A DNA stretch of 64,000 nt from positions 46,124 through 110,123 of IMG/VR virus record IMGVR_UViG_3300020601_000007. One strand, written 5' to 3'. Every line of letters starts with the position of its first letter. The first letter of the stretch is position 1. This DNA is from a virus. The notes below the pieces were generated by a model, which was given only the letters and a program-made list of their open reading frames with translations, was not told the DNA's origin and did no database searches. A program made the position numbers and the translations under genes. Below, piece by piece: positions 53,828 through 63,883 of this stretch.

Positions 53828-56625
53828 TCCTTGGGGTCGCTTTTGACCTCTTTGCGGCTACCATACGGTATCAGCGTGTGCTTTCGGATGAGGTTATCCG
53901 TATTGAACTTGGCGAAGGAAATGCGGGGGAACGGCAACTTCGGGAACGAGAAAGAAAAGAGTGGTTTGTCCGGGGTGTATTCGGCGTCTGCCTTGTCCCT
54001 GTCTCCTTCACTTTGTTCAGCATCGTCGAAGTCCTCAACATCCTCAGTGTCATCGACGGAGACCGGGTCAGTGACAAATTGCTGAAGGGACGTCAGCCCG
54101 TGATTTTGTTTTTCCACTTGCAGTTGGAGTTCAGCAGAAAGGTTTTCCATGTAGCCTGTTGTCTCCTCGCCAAGTGCATTTTTGAATCGCATGTAGACCT
54201 TGTCGGGAGTCTGCGGGTTGTGGCGGAAGGTCAGGCCGGATACAAGTTCCGACGGCATCACCTGTTCATCTCCAACTGTGATAGTGCTGATTCCTGAAGC
54301 GAGACTTGCTTCATTGATGAGTTGCTGTGCTTGCTGCATTGTCAACGTCATGCCATTGTATGTCGCATCAATCACCGGGGCAGGACCACCATACCCCGAA
54401 GGAATTTCAAAGACACCGATGGTGAACGGAAATTCGTATTCACCGATTTGGTAGTGGGTCGGCTTGTCTCGCATTTGCTTGACGACTGAACCATCCTTCG
54501 CTGTGCCATCCAAGGGACTCATACGGGCCTTGAGTTTCTCGACGAGCCTTGCCTGAACTTCCTCGGGGAGGCTGTCCAAATCAGTTTGAGATGCTGCCTG
54601 TATCTGCGGCTTCTCTTCTTCATCGTCATCCCCACCGAAAGGTAGCAGGTCGAAAATCGTTTTCTTGTCCTTCACAAAGAGACCGAACATGTTCTCTGGG
54701 GCAGTTTCACCCAAAAGGTCCCGCATCAGTTTTGAAATGGCTTCTGGTGCTTCTCCGGCAGCGTATGCGTCAGCCGTGGTCGTTGCCAGTGGCTTGAGCC
54801 AACCGACTGGCGAGGTGTTGATTTCACCCTGTGCCCCCGAGAACTGCTCCTCAAATTGCATGTTCAGCAACTGAGCCGGAGTGAAAAGTCCACTTTCTTG
54901 AGCGAGTGCAAGGAGACTTTTTTGCTGCGAGCAAAGGATGAAATTCGTTCGGTCGAGACCGCGACCAATGAGGAGAACCTTGTTACCGGGTTTGAACTCA
55001 CCGCCCTCGTAAAAGGCACGAAGGATTTGCTGGTTTGTGGAATATGCGAAGTTATCCGGGTCAGCGAACTGGGCCGTGTATTGTGGAACGAGGTGTGTTG
55101 AACTGTCGTAGTAAGCAGGGCTCCAACTCTTCCAAGAAATAGCGAGGCGGTAAAAGGGCTCAGAATCCTCAATCATACCGTTGCTCAAGCCCCGCTTGAA
55201 ACCGATAAACGTTTTTTCGAGATGAAAGGTTCCGTCCCGCTTACGAATCGTTGGATACGCCCACTGTGTTTTTTCAAGAGACCACCTGCTGTTGTCATAC
55301 GTGACATCAGGGTGTGTTGCGTCCAATTGCCGCTTTGGACGGAAATACCAAGCAAAGCGCCCTTTTGAGTCGCACTTCCTTTTTGGACGGTCGCCCCAAC
55401 TTCCAGTCCCGAAATCGTAGTATTCAAGGTCGACTGAAAAGAAATCAATCACCTTCTGATTTGAAGGCGGAATCAAAGACTCCCTCATGGTCTGCTGGAG
55501 ACGCTCTCCGTCTTTGCCGAGCGTGTCGAAGAAAAGCCCTGCCCCGTTGTCGTCATACAAATTTTTGACTGACACACCGACTGCTTCGGGGAATTCAGGT
55601 TGACCGTATGCATCAGTCGTCCACCAACCGCCGTTGACTCCTTTCGTGTAAGGCTGAATTTTCCATCCCCACTTGTTGATGACTGACTCACTTTCCTTTT
55701 TCTTCGGACCAAAATAATCAACGAAAGCGTCGTGAACAAAATGAATTTGAGGTGCATCCGCACCTTCTTCAGGGTGGAACTCACGGCCAGCACTACCCTT
55801 GCTGGGGAAATACATGGCGCCCATCATGCAATACGAAGCACCTGCTTTGAATGTCGGGCGGTTCCTCGGAATCACCTTCCAGCCTTTCCCTTCAACGAAC
55901 TCAGCGAAAACAAACCAATAAATTGGGCCCTCATTACGATATGAACTGACGTTGTAAATGCCATGTCCAATGGGGAGAATACCGGCTGAGCCCCCATACA
56001 TGTCCACCTTGTGCTTTCCCATGTTACCGGGCCCTGCTCCATGAATCCGAGGGTCAAAATCACTCTTGCGTCCACTCCACCACTGAATGTCCGTCTGTTC
56101 AATGTTGGACATCTCCGAGCCAGCATCCCACAGTTCAGGGTCTACGGGTGTGAACCCGAGGTTGAAGAAGTCGTCATTACCAGCGAACTGAGAACGTGAG
56201 CGAATCCAGTTTGACTTTGCTTCGCTGATGTATTCATGAGAAAGGTGTGGTGGAGGAGGGGTCATTGACGCATGCACCTTTGGGTCCTGTGCACCGGGGG
56301 GCATGGAGAACGTGAAGTCCAAGTCAGAATCAACGACGCGCTTGAAGAACGAAAGGTAGGAGGATTTTCCGTCGTGGAACGTCCCATAGAGGTAAAACGG
56401 TTGATGGGGAAGACAACTGATTCGCAAACGGACCTTGGGCTCGGAGCGAACACTTCGGACCACGCCCTCTTTCTCGTTGAAGAGTATCTCGGTTTTTTTG
56501 ATACGAGGGTATCGGGCAAGGACCTCAAGGATACGGGGGGAGGATGTCTGCTGCTGGCTCACGCTACCGATACGACCGTATCCACGGCTTCGGTCTGCCT
56601 TCTGAGCCAGCACGTGTTTCCTCAA
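53824..56625 (-). CDS. Large aromatic/beta-rich hypothetical protein, 933 aa
   Basis: Long ORF with TTG start overlapping the upstream stop. Confidence 0.7.
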   Translation of the reverse strand: MRKHVLAQKADRSRGYGRIGSVSQQQTSSPRILEVLARYPRIKKTEILFNEKEGVVRSVRSEPKVRLRISCLPHQPFYLYGTFHDGKSSYLSFFKRVVDSDLDFTFSMPPGAQDPKVHASMTPPPPHLSHEYISEAKSNWIRSRSQFAGNDDFFNLGFTPVDPELWDAGSEMSNIEQTDIQWWSGRKSDFDPRIHGAGPGNMGKHKVDMYGGSAGILPIGHGIYNVSSYRNEGPIYWFVFAEFVEGKGWKVIPRNRPTFKAGASYCMMGAMYFPSKGSAGREFHPEEGADAPQIHFVHDAFVDYFGPKKKESESVINKWGWKIQPYTKGVNGGWWTTDAYGQPEFPEAVGVSVKNLYDDNGAGLFFDTLGKDGERLQQTMRESLIPPSNQKVIDFFSVDLEYYDFGTGSWGDRPKRKCDSKGRFAWYFRPKRQLDATHPDVTYDNSRWSLEKTQWAYPTIRKRDGTFHLEKTFIGFKRGLSNGMIEDSEPFYRLAISWKSWSPAYYDSSTHLVPQYTAQFADPDNFAYSTNQQILRAFYEGGEFKPGNKVLLIGRGLDRTNFILCSQQKSLLALAQESGLFTPAQLLNMQFEEQFSGAQGEINTSPVGWLKPLATTTADAYAAGEAPEAISKLMRDLLGETAPENMFGLFVKDKKTIFDLLPFGGDDDEEEKPQIQAASQTDLDSLPEEVQARLVEKLKARMSPLDGTAKDGSVVKQMRDKPTHYQIGEYEFPFTIGVFEIPSGYGGPAPVIDATYNGMTLTMQQAQQLINEASLASGISTITVGDEQVMPSELVSGLTFRHNPQTPDKVYMRFKNALGEETTGYMENLSAELQLQVEKQNHGLTSLQQFVTDPVSVDDTEDVEDFDDAEQSEGDRDKADAEYTPDKPLFSFSFPKLPFPRISFAKFNTDNLIRKHTLIPYGSRKEVKSDPKE

Positions 56626-58202
56626 TTACCCACCATCCGAGTGACGCTGCTACGCAACTTGGGGAAGAGACCTGCAAGTGCCTCTCCTTGGTTCGTAGCG
56701 GCCTCGGTGGCTGCTTGAGATGCTTGCTTGACACTGTCTTCCGAGTGCTGAATCATTCGGAGTCGGTGGTAGTTGTTCTGAGCGACCGCACTCCGTTCAC
56801 GCTTGATGTGGCGGGCCGTGCCCTGAAGGGCGATTGCTCCACCGAGAGCCTGTGCTTTTTGAGCGGTTTGTGCCGCCACAATGTTCTGAATCTCACCACC
56901 AAGGTCGACATCACTGCCCTGCTCCCATCGTGCAACGAGGTCAGCGACTCGAGACTTTTGGTCTGGGGAAAGGTTGGCACATGTTTTCTGAATCATCGTG
57001 CGTTGTCCTTGACTCAACTGACGTCGACCGTGGCCACTGCTCAAAACGTCTCGATGCCACGAGCGAAGGCCAGCAGTGTTGTCAACGGCTCGGGTGGGAG
57101 CCATTTGTGCCATGTTCTTTCCGATGCGCTGAATCTCAGCAGACAATGGTCCGGCCTGCCTTTTGAGCATGATAAGTTCATCGTTGATACGAGAACGGTG
57201 GTCTCGTAGGTCATCCATGACCTCAGGATTGCCGACCTTCGCATGTTGCATCTCATTTGTGATTTGCTGGAGCGCCTGCTCACTCATCATGATGGCCTGA
57301 GAGACATCAGCGTATTGCTTCTCAACATCGGTTTTGCTGCGCATCATTTCAGCAACAGCACGCTTGTGTTGTGCCTCTTGTTTAGCCTGCTGTTCTCGGA
57401 CTGCTTTTTGACGTGCGAGGTTGTCGGCCTTCTCTTTGCGAATACGAGCCTCTTGTTTGGCTTTCGCTTCTGCTGCGCGCTGTGCGTTTTGCTTGGCCAA
57501 TTCCTTTTCGTGTGCAGCCTTCATCATGGCATCCCGTTTCTCTTCTGCCGCTTTTTGGCGGCGGGCGGCCTCGTTAGCGATGACATTCTTCACTTCATTT
57601 TGCACTTGACGAATGTTTTCTGAACGTTGGGAAGCCTTTGATTTCAATCGTTCCTTCTGCTCCAATGCGAGTTGCTTCCCACGGCGCTGCATTTCGATTT
57701 GCTGTTCAAGTTGTGCCCTTTGTTTTGCTACGGATTCTCGAGCCTGTCGCATTGATTCTTCGGCGGCACGGCGAAGTTTTGCCTGCTCCGATGGGACGAC
57801 AGGGGGGAGATTGATTTGTGGTGGCAAGGCAGGAGGCTTGATTTCGTCAACACTCCTGTCAAGCCGAGCACGCTTTGATTCAAGTGAATGCTTCCCGGGG
57901 ACCCGTGACCGACGCTGGTCCTCAAAAATCGCATGTTGACGGCGAATCGCTTGTCGGTGCCTTTCGGCTTCACGCTGGTCGAATTGGTCAAGGTCGATGT
58001 GGTATTGGCGAATGTATGATTGAATCTGTGTAAGTTGTCGCTGCTTCATGGCGATGGCTCGCTGAGCAGCAGGGATGTTGCACGTCCTGCGCTTGATGTC
58101 TTCTCGCAGACGAAGAATGTCTGCCTCCAATTGTTTGTAGACCCGGATAGCGGAGCGGGCGTCATTCGGGCTTATCGGCATCACAGTTGGCTTAACAGAC
58201 AT
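56622..58202 (-). CDS. Basic coiled-coil protein, 526 aa
   Basis: Extensive Q/A/E/R/K heptads. Confidence 0.7.
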   Translation of the reverse strand: MSVKPTVMPISPNDARSAIRVYKQLEADILRLREDIKRRTCNIPAAQRAIAMKQRQLTQIQSYIRQYHIDLDQFDQREAERHRQAIRRQHAIFEDQRRSRVPGKHSLESKRARLDRSVDEIKPPALPPQINLPPVVPSEQAKLRRAAEESMRQARESVAKQRAQLEQQIEMQRRGKQLALEQKERLKSKASQRSENIRQVQNEVKNVIANEAARRQKAAEEKRDAMMKAAHEKELAKQNAQRAAEAKAKQEARIRKEKADNLARQKAVREQQAKQEAQHKRAVAEMMRSKTDVEKQYADVSQAIMMSEQALQQITNEMQHAKVGNPEVMDDLRDHRSRINDELIMLKRQAGPLSAEIQRIGKNMAQMAPTRAVDNTAGLRSWHRDVLSSGHGRRQLSQGQRTMIQKTCANLSPDQKSRVADLVARWEQGSDVDLGGEIQNIVAAQTAQKAQALGGAIALQGTARHIKRERSAVAQNNYHRLRMIQHSEDSVKQASQAATEAATNQGEALAGLFPKLRSSVTRMVGN

Positions 58203-58852
58203 TATTCAATCCTCCCAATCACATAGAGGCCCGCAATCAACCATGCTGCACTGGCACCGGCCTGCGTTGCAGGTGAGCCGAAGTTCATGACTTTCCCGGG
58301 GATGGAGCGCATGCGCTCGTAAAGTGTTGGTTGCTTGCGGGCTTTGAATGCTGCTTCGATGAGGGCGGGTGTTCCCTCTTCGAGCCGCTGGATTTCTTGA
58401 GTTGCCTTCAGATTCTTTTGTTCGAGGGCGGCGATTTGCTTTTTTGCTTCCAGCAAATCCTTCTCCCTTTGAGTCAGAGACTTGTTGGCTTCGTTCAATT
58501 GAGTGCGAATGGTGCTTGCGTCTTTTTTCAGACGCTGGTGCTCCATGTCAAGACCAACATGGAGTGCTTCCCACTTTTCAGAAGCGAGTTTGTATTGAGA
58601 GCGCTCAGCGTAGATTGCCTGCTTTTCAGCATTGAGGGCAGCGACTCGACTGTTAGCAGTTTGGTATTGAGTGCGGAGAGATTGAACCTGCGCTTGCTCA
58701 CTGAGGTATGCGTTGTATGCCTTTTCATACATGCTGAGGAGATAGGCAGCATTTGTTTTCAAAACAGGGTGAATTTCAGAAGACGGCCTGAGGCGCATGT
58801 TGCCTTCGCCTTGGCCAGTGCCCTGCTGTTGGCCACCCTGCTGCCCCAGCAT
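58202..58852 (-). CDS. Coiled-coil protein with C-terminal TM
   Basis: Heptads, NFGS, AWLIAGLYVIG. Confidence 0.7.
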   Translation of the reverse strand: MLGQQGGQQQGTGQGEGNMRLRPSSEIHPVLKTNAAYLLSMYEKAYNAYLSEQAQVQSLRTQYQTANSRVAALNAEKQAIYAERSQYKLASEKWEALHVGLDMEHQRLKKDASTIRTQLNEANKSLTQREKDLLEAKKQIAALEQKNLKATQEIQRLEEGTPALIEAAFKARKQPTLYERMRSIPGKVMNFGSPATQAGASAAWLIAGLYVIGRIE

Positions 58853-58863
58853 TCAAATCAACC

Positions 58864-59208
58864 TCAGCGGGTGAGGAAATAGACTGCTGCGATTCCAAGG
58901 AGCATACCGGCGGTGTTGTTGTAGGTGAAACCGTTCAGGTAGTCTGCCTCTTCGTGGGCTGAGCCGAAGCCGAACAGGTTGCTGTGCATCGTTGCACCGC
59001 CACCGGCTTTTGCTTCTGGCTCATTTCCATACCAACCGGCTCCCATCGAGCCAAGTCCACCGAACATAACGGGGGTTCGGGCTCGCTCACTGAACAGGCG
59101 GGCTGGAATCGTTTTCATCGTTTCAAAGAAACCGGAACCGCTGCTGGGTAGATGTGCGCTTCCAGTTCGTCGTGCAAGGCTGCTGCTGTAATTTACCATT
59201 GTATTCAC
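58864..59208 (-). CDS. Small TM protein with MFGGLGSMG and FGFG motifs
   Basis: C-terminal GMLLGIAAVYFL. Confidence 0.65.
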   Translation of the reverse strand: MNTMVNYSSSLARRTGSAHLPSSGSGFFETMKTIPARLFSERARTPVMFGGLGSMGAGWYGNEPEAKAGGGATMHSNLFGFGSAHEEADYLNGFTYNNTAGMLLGIAAVYFLTR

Positions 59209-59574
59209 TCACTTGTAATACCTGTCAAACAGGGTCTTGGCTGTCAAACCGAGAGCGAAAAATGCAGCGCCCACATAGAGCGTTTCGCTGCTTCGCCAGC
59301 GGATGTCACCAAGACCACCCTTTTGCTTGGATGCTTTTCCAAGAGGTTGTCCAACAGGAATTGACGCACTCCCAAGGCCGAAGTCTTTCTTGACTCCGGC
59401 GGAGTTGACGAGATTCATCGCTGACTCGTCGGTATTGAACGAAGCCATTTCGGTGTTTCCGAAATTCTTCATTTTGGGGTTTGGGGTGGTTTGTTGGGGT
59501 GGTGGGGTAATGGGGTCTTGAAGCGTAATGAAGCCTTCATTTGCGGGGCTTCCCATGAATGAATCGAACGCCAT
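59209..59574 (-). CDS. Small TM protein with FG/GLG motifs
   Basis: FMGS, NFGN, FGLGS, GGLGD; C-terminal TM. Confidence 0.65.
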   Translation of the reverse strand: MAFDSFMGSPANEGFITLQDPITPPPQQTTPNPKMKNFGNTEMASFNTDESAMNLVNSAGVKKDFGLGSASIPVGQPLGKASKQKGGLGDIRWRSSETLYVGAAFFALGLTAKTLFDRYYK

Positions 59575-59580
59575 TTTGAA

Positions 59581-60264
59581 TCACCGCCTACGAAGGCCCC
59601 TAACCATCCGAACGATTGGGACTTTATCAAATGCCCGCCCGGAACCACCAAAACCAGCCAGACCGGCAACCTTCTGCATCATGACCGGAAGTCGCTTCGT
59701 GTTCGGGTCTGCAATCAGTGGAATGACCTTGGTGACTTTGACGGACTCACCGAGTTCAAATGTTGGGAAAATCAGTTCACATGGAATCCATTTCCTACCG
59801 AATTCTCGCGTTGGAGCGTGCGTCCTGACGACCAACATAACGTGGTTGAACGTGCCATCACCATTGGAGTCGACAATCAGAGCACCGGTTTCGTATCCGA
59901 TAGCACCAAGCAACGAAGCACCGAGGATGACAAAATCATCACAGTCAGCAGCCGAACGGCCTGACTCGATGTCCTTGATGAGGCGGCGAGCACTGTGGTA
60001 ATATTCCACATGTATGGGGTCCTTCCGATACACGGCGTTGTTTTGAACCCACTTTGTGATGGCTCGAATTTCACCGAGTTCATCGTGCCCAGCAACGCCA
60101 GCACGATTCACGATTTCCACTGCTTTTCGACGCACGTATTCGTCGCGTAGCCCGTCTTCGATTTCTTTTCGGAGGAATTCAGTGACCACACCAAACCGCT
60201 TATCCAGCGGAACACCGGGGTTGAATTTCACCCGGAGAATTCTCTCGGCCATGCACGAGGGCAC
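59581..60264 (-). CDS. Transglutaminase-like cysteine protease (putative maturation protease)
   Basis: WVQNNAVYRKDP..E, ADCDD (Cys), NHV (His), WIPCE (acid residue). Start may be ATG 60252. Confidence 0.8.
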   Translation of the reverse strand: MPSCMAERILRVKFNPGVPLDKRFGVVTEFLRKEIEDGLRDEYVRRKAVEIVNRAGVAGHDELGEIRAITKWVQNNAVYRKDPIHVEYYHSARRLIKDIESGRSAADCDDFVILGASLLGAIGYETGALIVDSNGDGTFNHVMLVVRTHAPTREFGRKWIPCELIFPTFELGESVKVTKVIPLIADPNTKRLPVMMQKVAGLAGFGGSGRAFDKVPIVRMVRGLRRR

Positions 60265-60324
60265 GACGCACTCACACTTGAAATTGTCCCAAAGGTTATG
60301 GCCGCCTTTCTGGTGGTTTGACCT

Positions 60325-60768
60325 GTGCGTCTGACACTGACGATTCCAGCAGAACCGATAGCGCAGGGGCGACCTCGTTTTTCCTCTCGTGGGGGGTTTG
60401 TCCGGGCATACGACCCGAAGAAATCACGAGATTGGAAAGCATTCATCGCTTCATTTGCCGAGCAAATGATGAGAGAAAGTGGGTATGAAAAACCAACGGA
60501 CGTTCCGCTGAAAGTGCGCGCACGGTTTGCTTTCTCCCTCCCCAAAAGCAGGTGGCGAAAGCGAACACCAGTTGAGGCTCAGTGGCGGAGCCAAAAGCCA
60601 GACTTGGACAATCTCTTCAAGGCAATCACTGACGCTTGTGAAGGAATTGTTTATCACAACGACTCACAAATCGTAAAGGTCGTTGTTGAAAAAATCATGG
60701 TGGCTCAGGGAGAACCACCGTATGTTGCTGTCGTTTTCGAGGAAGCAGGAGACTTCAACGGCGCTTGA
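60325..60768 (+). CDS. rusA: RusA-family Holliday junction resolvase
   Basis: QGRPRF, KPDLDNLFKAITDA, NDSQIV. Confidence 0.92.
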   Translation: MRLTLTIPAEPIAQGRPRFSSRGGFVRAYDPKKSRDWKAFIASFAEQMMRESGYEKPTDVPLKVRARFAFSLPKSRWRKRTPVEAQWRSQKPDLDNLFKAITDACEGIVYHNDSQIVKVVVEKIMVAQGEPPYVAVVFEEAGDFNGA

Positions 60769-61498
60769 GTGTCAGCGGTTTTTTCGGTTTGGGTTCTCTC
60801 GTCAGTGTCAATGGCTTGCGCTCTTCAGGCTCAAGCCACTCGACCTCGACATCAACGTCCTCGTCATCGGGGACTGGCGTCGGGAGAGTTGGTTTGAATT
60901 CTGCCATGGGAGATTCCGTGGTCTCGTTTCGCTTTTCGATGAAACCCATCACTTCCTCAGCGGCTGAAAGAAGACTGTGCCAATCAATCCGCTGTGCTTG
61001 GTTGATGTATGATTCAACGTCGATGTTCCGCAGATGGTCAAGGACCTGACTGAGACCATCCTTGTTTTCCTTGAGCCTTGAAACGACATCGGCCACCGGC
61101 TCGAGGTCAAGTTCGTGCAGGTCAACCCCAACACGCTGAAACAACTCCTTCGCCTCGTCGAGGTCACTGGTGAAACCCTGAACCTTGGAATTGGCCTCCT
61201 CAAGCGTTTTTTCCAAGCGGTCCATTTCCGAGTTGATGTTTTCCAAGTGTTGGAGTGATTCCGAACTCTTTGTGTCCAGTTGAATGGTGAGGTATGCGAT
61301 AACGGAATTGATGGAACCGTTCATGACAGCAAGCGCAGTGATACCAGAAAACAGGAGGTCTTGGCCCAGCACATTGGTCATCAAAACGAACGTCAACGCT
61401 GCTGGAAGAATGAACAACATGAGGTAAAGCCAAGTTGGCCATTGGCGCTCCTCACGCCTTTCCTTTTCCGCTTCCCAGTCCTCAATCAACGAACACAC
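60755..61498 (-). CDS. Two-TM coiled-coil protein
   Basis: Two N-terminal TMs, long heptad region, acidic/Pro tail. Confidence 0.7.
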   Translation of the reverse strand: MCSLIEDWEAEKERREERQWPTWLYLMLFILPAALTFVLMTNVLGQDLLFSGITALAVMNGSINSVIAYLTIQLDTKSSESLQHLENINSEMDRLEKTLEEANSKVQGFTSDLDEAKELFQRVGVDLHELDLEPVADVVSRLKENKDGLSQVLDHLRNIDVESYINQAQRIDWHSLLSAAEEVMGFIEKRNETTESPMAEFKPTLPTPVPDDEDVDVEVEWLEPEERKPLTLTREPKPKKPLTLKRR

Positions 61499-61499
61499 C

Positions 61500-62972
61500 T
61501 CATGCGGCTTGGACTCGAGTCAACATCTCCCGACAAACGGTGGCCACCTCTGGTCGGAGGAGGAAGTTGTAGTCGTGGACCACTCCACCGGTTTCCTTGT
61601 ATGGTGCGATGAGGGCCATCAATTCGTCATAGGTGTTGTTCTTGAAGATGTTCCAAAAGACTTCGTTCTTTTTCAGTTCGCCGACAACAAACGCATAGAC
61701 GATGTCGGGGTCTGTGCCCTCTCCGATTTTCGCCATCGCGTCTTGCATGCCACGACCGATGTCTCGCAGTGAGCGGACAAGAACCATTCGCTCGGCCATT
61801 TTGTCAAGTTTCCCTTGAGGTGTAAGGGCAGGGTGCTCAACGACGACATTGTCAACGGTGATGTCGATTTGCTCTTGCACTGCCGAGAGAACTTTCGGGT
61901 CTTCCAATTCGTTGCCCATGATAGCCTTGAATTGCTCCAGCAACGCATGTTTGTATTGCTCAGGAGTCACTTCAATGTCTGGTTCTGGCTCAGGTTGTTC
62001 TGGCTCTTCCGGTCCCTCGAAAAAATTGTTCTGAACTGCTTGCTGCGGAGGTGCGGGAGCAGGGTTTGGTTGGATACGCGTTGGTTGTGCGTATGGGTCG
62101 TAGTTGGGTGAATCGTATCCTGCTGGCACTTGGTTGCGTGTTGGCATCACGCTGGTGGCTGCACTTGCCAGACTGCCAAGCATTTCTGGTTGTAGCAGAC
62201 GAGAGGCGATGCGTTCAAGCGCTCCGCTGTTGGAGCCTCCATCGAGCATCTGCTCAACCATGCGCTGCTTGAAAATCGTTTTCATGTCACCATCAAAGAA
62301 ACCATCGTTGTCCTTGCTCCGCATCATTTCTCGCATGAATGCCATTTGCTGCATGTTGAACTGCTGGTCTCGGGCTTGAGACTCCCGACGGATTTCAGAT
62401 TCACGCTGTTGGTCAAGACGGCGCTGCTCCATTTGCATCATCATCTGGCGATGTTGATTTTCTGATGCAATACGCTGCTGAAGGGCAAGGAACTGCATCA
62501 TCGAAAACATGGAGTCCGAATCAGAACCACCTTTGGGGGCCTGCATGGAAAAGGTCTCGGTGGGGCGTGGTGGTGGGGCAAAGGCTTCGTTTTGCATGCG
62601 GTTCACTTCTTGTTGGTAGGCAGATGATGGTTGAGGTTCGGCGGCTGGTGCTGGTGTGTTTGGAGTAGTAATCGAAGCCAGCGGGTCCACTGCTGATGTC
62701 ATGGATGTTCGGATGCTCTCGACATCAAAGCCACGAGCCTTCAACCATGCAACGTAATATTTCTTGATGGTCGACTGTTCTGCACCAACTCGTTGAGCGA
62801 TTTCGTCGAACGGTGGATGAGAATGACCACCGTCTGAAAAAGAAATGGCGTCATACCAATTGTCATCGGCAAACACGTTTTTCAACAACTCTTTTCGTTC
62901 ACTCGGGTCGAGGGACGTCCACTGGGCATCTCCCTCATCTGCGCTTTCTGTCATGTCAAATTCATCACTCAT
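61500..62972 (-). CDS. 490-aa protein: N-terminal HTH-like domain, Gln/Met coiled coil, helical C-domain
   Basis: FDEIAQRVGAEQSTIKKYY; QMMMQMEQRR region; GGAGG RBS. Confidence 0.7.
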   Translation of the reverse strand: MSDEFDMTESADEGDAQWTSLDPSERKELLKNVFADDNWYDAISFSDGGHSHPPFDEIAQRVGAEQSTIKKYYVAWLKARGFDVESIRTSMTSAVDPLASITTPNTPAPAAEPQPSSAYQQEVNRMQNEAFAPPPRPTETFSMQAPKGGSDSDSMFSMMQFLALQQRIASENQHRQMMMQMEQRRLDQQRESEIRRESQARDQQFNMQQMAFMREMMRSKDNDGFFDGDMKTIFKQRMVEQMLDGGSNSGALERIASRLLQPEMLGSLASAATSVMPTRNQVPAGYDSPNYDPYAQPTRIQPNPAPAPPQQAVQNNFFEGPEEPEQPEPEPDIEVTPEQYKHALLEQFKAIMGNELEDPKVLSAVQEQIDITVDNVVVEHPALTPQGKLDKMAERMVLVRSLRDIGRGMQDAMAKIGEGTDPDIVYAFVVGELKKNEVFWNIFKNNTYDELMALIAPYKETGGVVHDYNFLLRPEVATVCREMLTRVQAA

Positions 62973-62974
62973 TT

Positions 62975-63415
62975 TCAGTCCTCCTGTATTTCGTTTCCAA
63001 ATCGGTCGCAGTCAACTTCGTTTCCGTCGTCGTCAATGTAGAAAAAATTGCCCTCTTCATCCTCATAGACCAAGAATTCTTCCTCGTCAAGTGGTTCTGC
63101 CTTTTGGTTGACCTGCTCCTTAACATTTCGGAAAAAAGAAACACCAGATGCGACTGCGTTCGAGCCAAGCATCATACCGGCTTCAGCGGCTGCTTCTTGG
63201 AGCACATCGGTGAGTGTTCGTGGCTTTTGGGGGATTTCCAGCGGTATGCGGTGTTCCATCAGAGTCACAGCCGTTTTGACGATTTCACCACGCATTTCAT
63301 CGAGAACGATTTGCGCACGATATGGGTTGGCGATGAGTTGTGCGTAGCACCGGCTCATCTCTTCCCTGTGTTGTTTCAGGGAGGATTCCAATTCGGGCGG
63401 AATGATTTCGGTCAC
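62975..63415 (-). CDS. Hypothetical protein with acidic tail
   Basis: YEDEEGNFFYIDDDGNE. Confidence 0.65.
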   Translation of the reverse strand: MTEIIPPELESSLKQHREEMSRCYAQLIANPYRAQIVLDEMRGEIVKTAVTLMEHRIPLEIPQKPRTLTDVLQEAAAEAGMMLGSNAVASGVSFFRNVKEQVNQKAEPLDEEEFLVYEDEEGNFFYIDDDGNEVDCDRFGNEIQED

Positions 63416-63420
63416 TCATT

Positions 63421-63738
63421 TCACTCCGTCTTGTATGGGTCGACTTCGGGGTCGTCGCCTTTCACTGGCTCCTCATCCTCGTCCTCCAAGTCAAAGTCTT
63501 CGTCGAACTCCATCATGTCCTCGAGCGTATCAAGAACGGCCTCAGCCCAGACGCGCTGAATCACCTTCACGTCACTCCATTCGATGCTGTGGACTTTTTC
63601 CCACGTCACAAGAAGCAGGCTGTTTTCATCTTCTTTGATGTAAATTCCCCACTCCGACATCAGAACTTGAACATCGGTGAAAACCTTGGGTGTTCCGTCT
63701 GGACTGACAATGTTGATGGTGCTTGCTTTGACCTGCAT
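63421..63738 (-). CDS. Small beta-rich (Sm-like?) acidic protein
   Basis: GGGAGGT RBS and TTTAAGTCC box upstream. Confidence 0.6.
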   Translation of the reverse strand: MQVKASTINIVSPDGTPKVFTDVQVLMSEWGIYIKEDENSLLLVTWEKVHSIEWSDVKVIQRVWAEAVLDTLEDMMEFDEDFDLEDEDEEPVKGDDPEVDPYKTE

Positions 63739-63883
63739 GGATAACCTCCCTTTGCGTTGTGGACTTAAAGGAGATGGTTCGGGGGAAAGGTGTGGTCAGA
63801 AAGATGCGCACATTTTCGCAGCATCTCCCCCTGATGCATTTTTCCGTAAAGGCTTAAGTCCACGACACATGTCGCTTCGCGAC

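Noticed and set aside
45401-58852. Coiled-coil proteins as tail tape measure or SMC
   Set aside because: No tail gene context and no Walker motifs.
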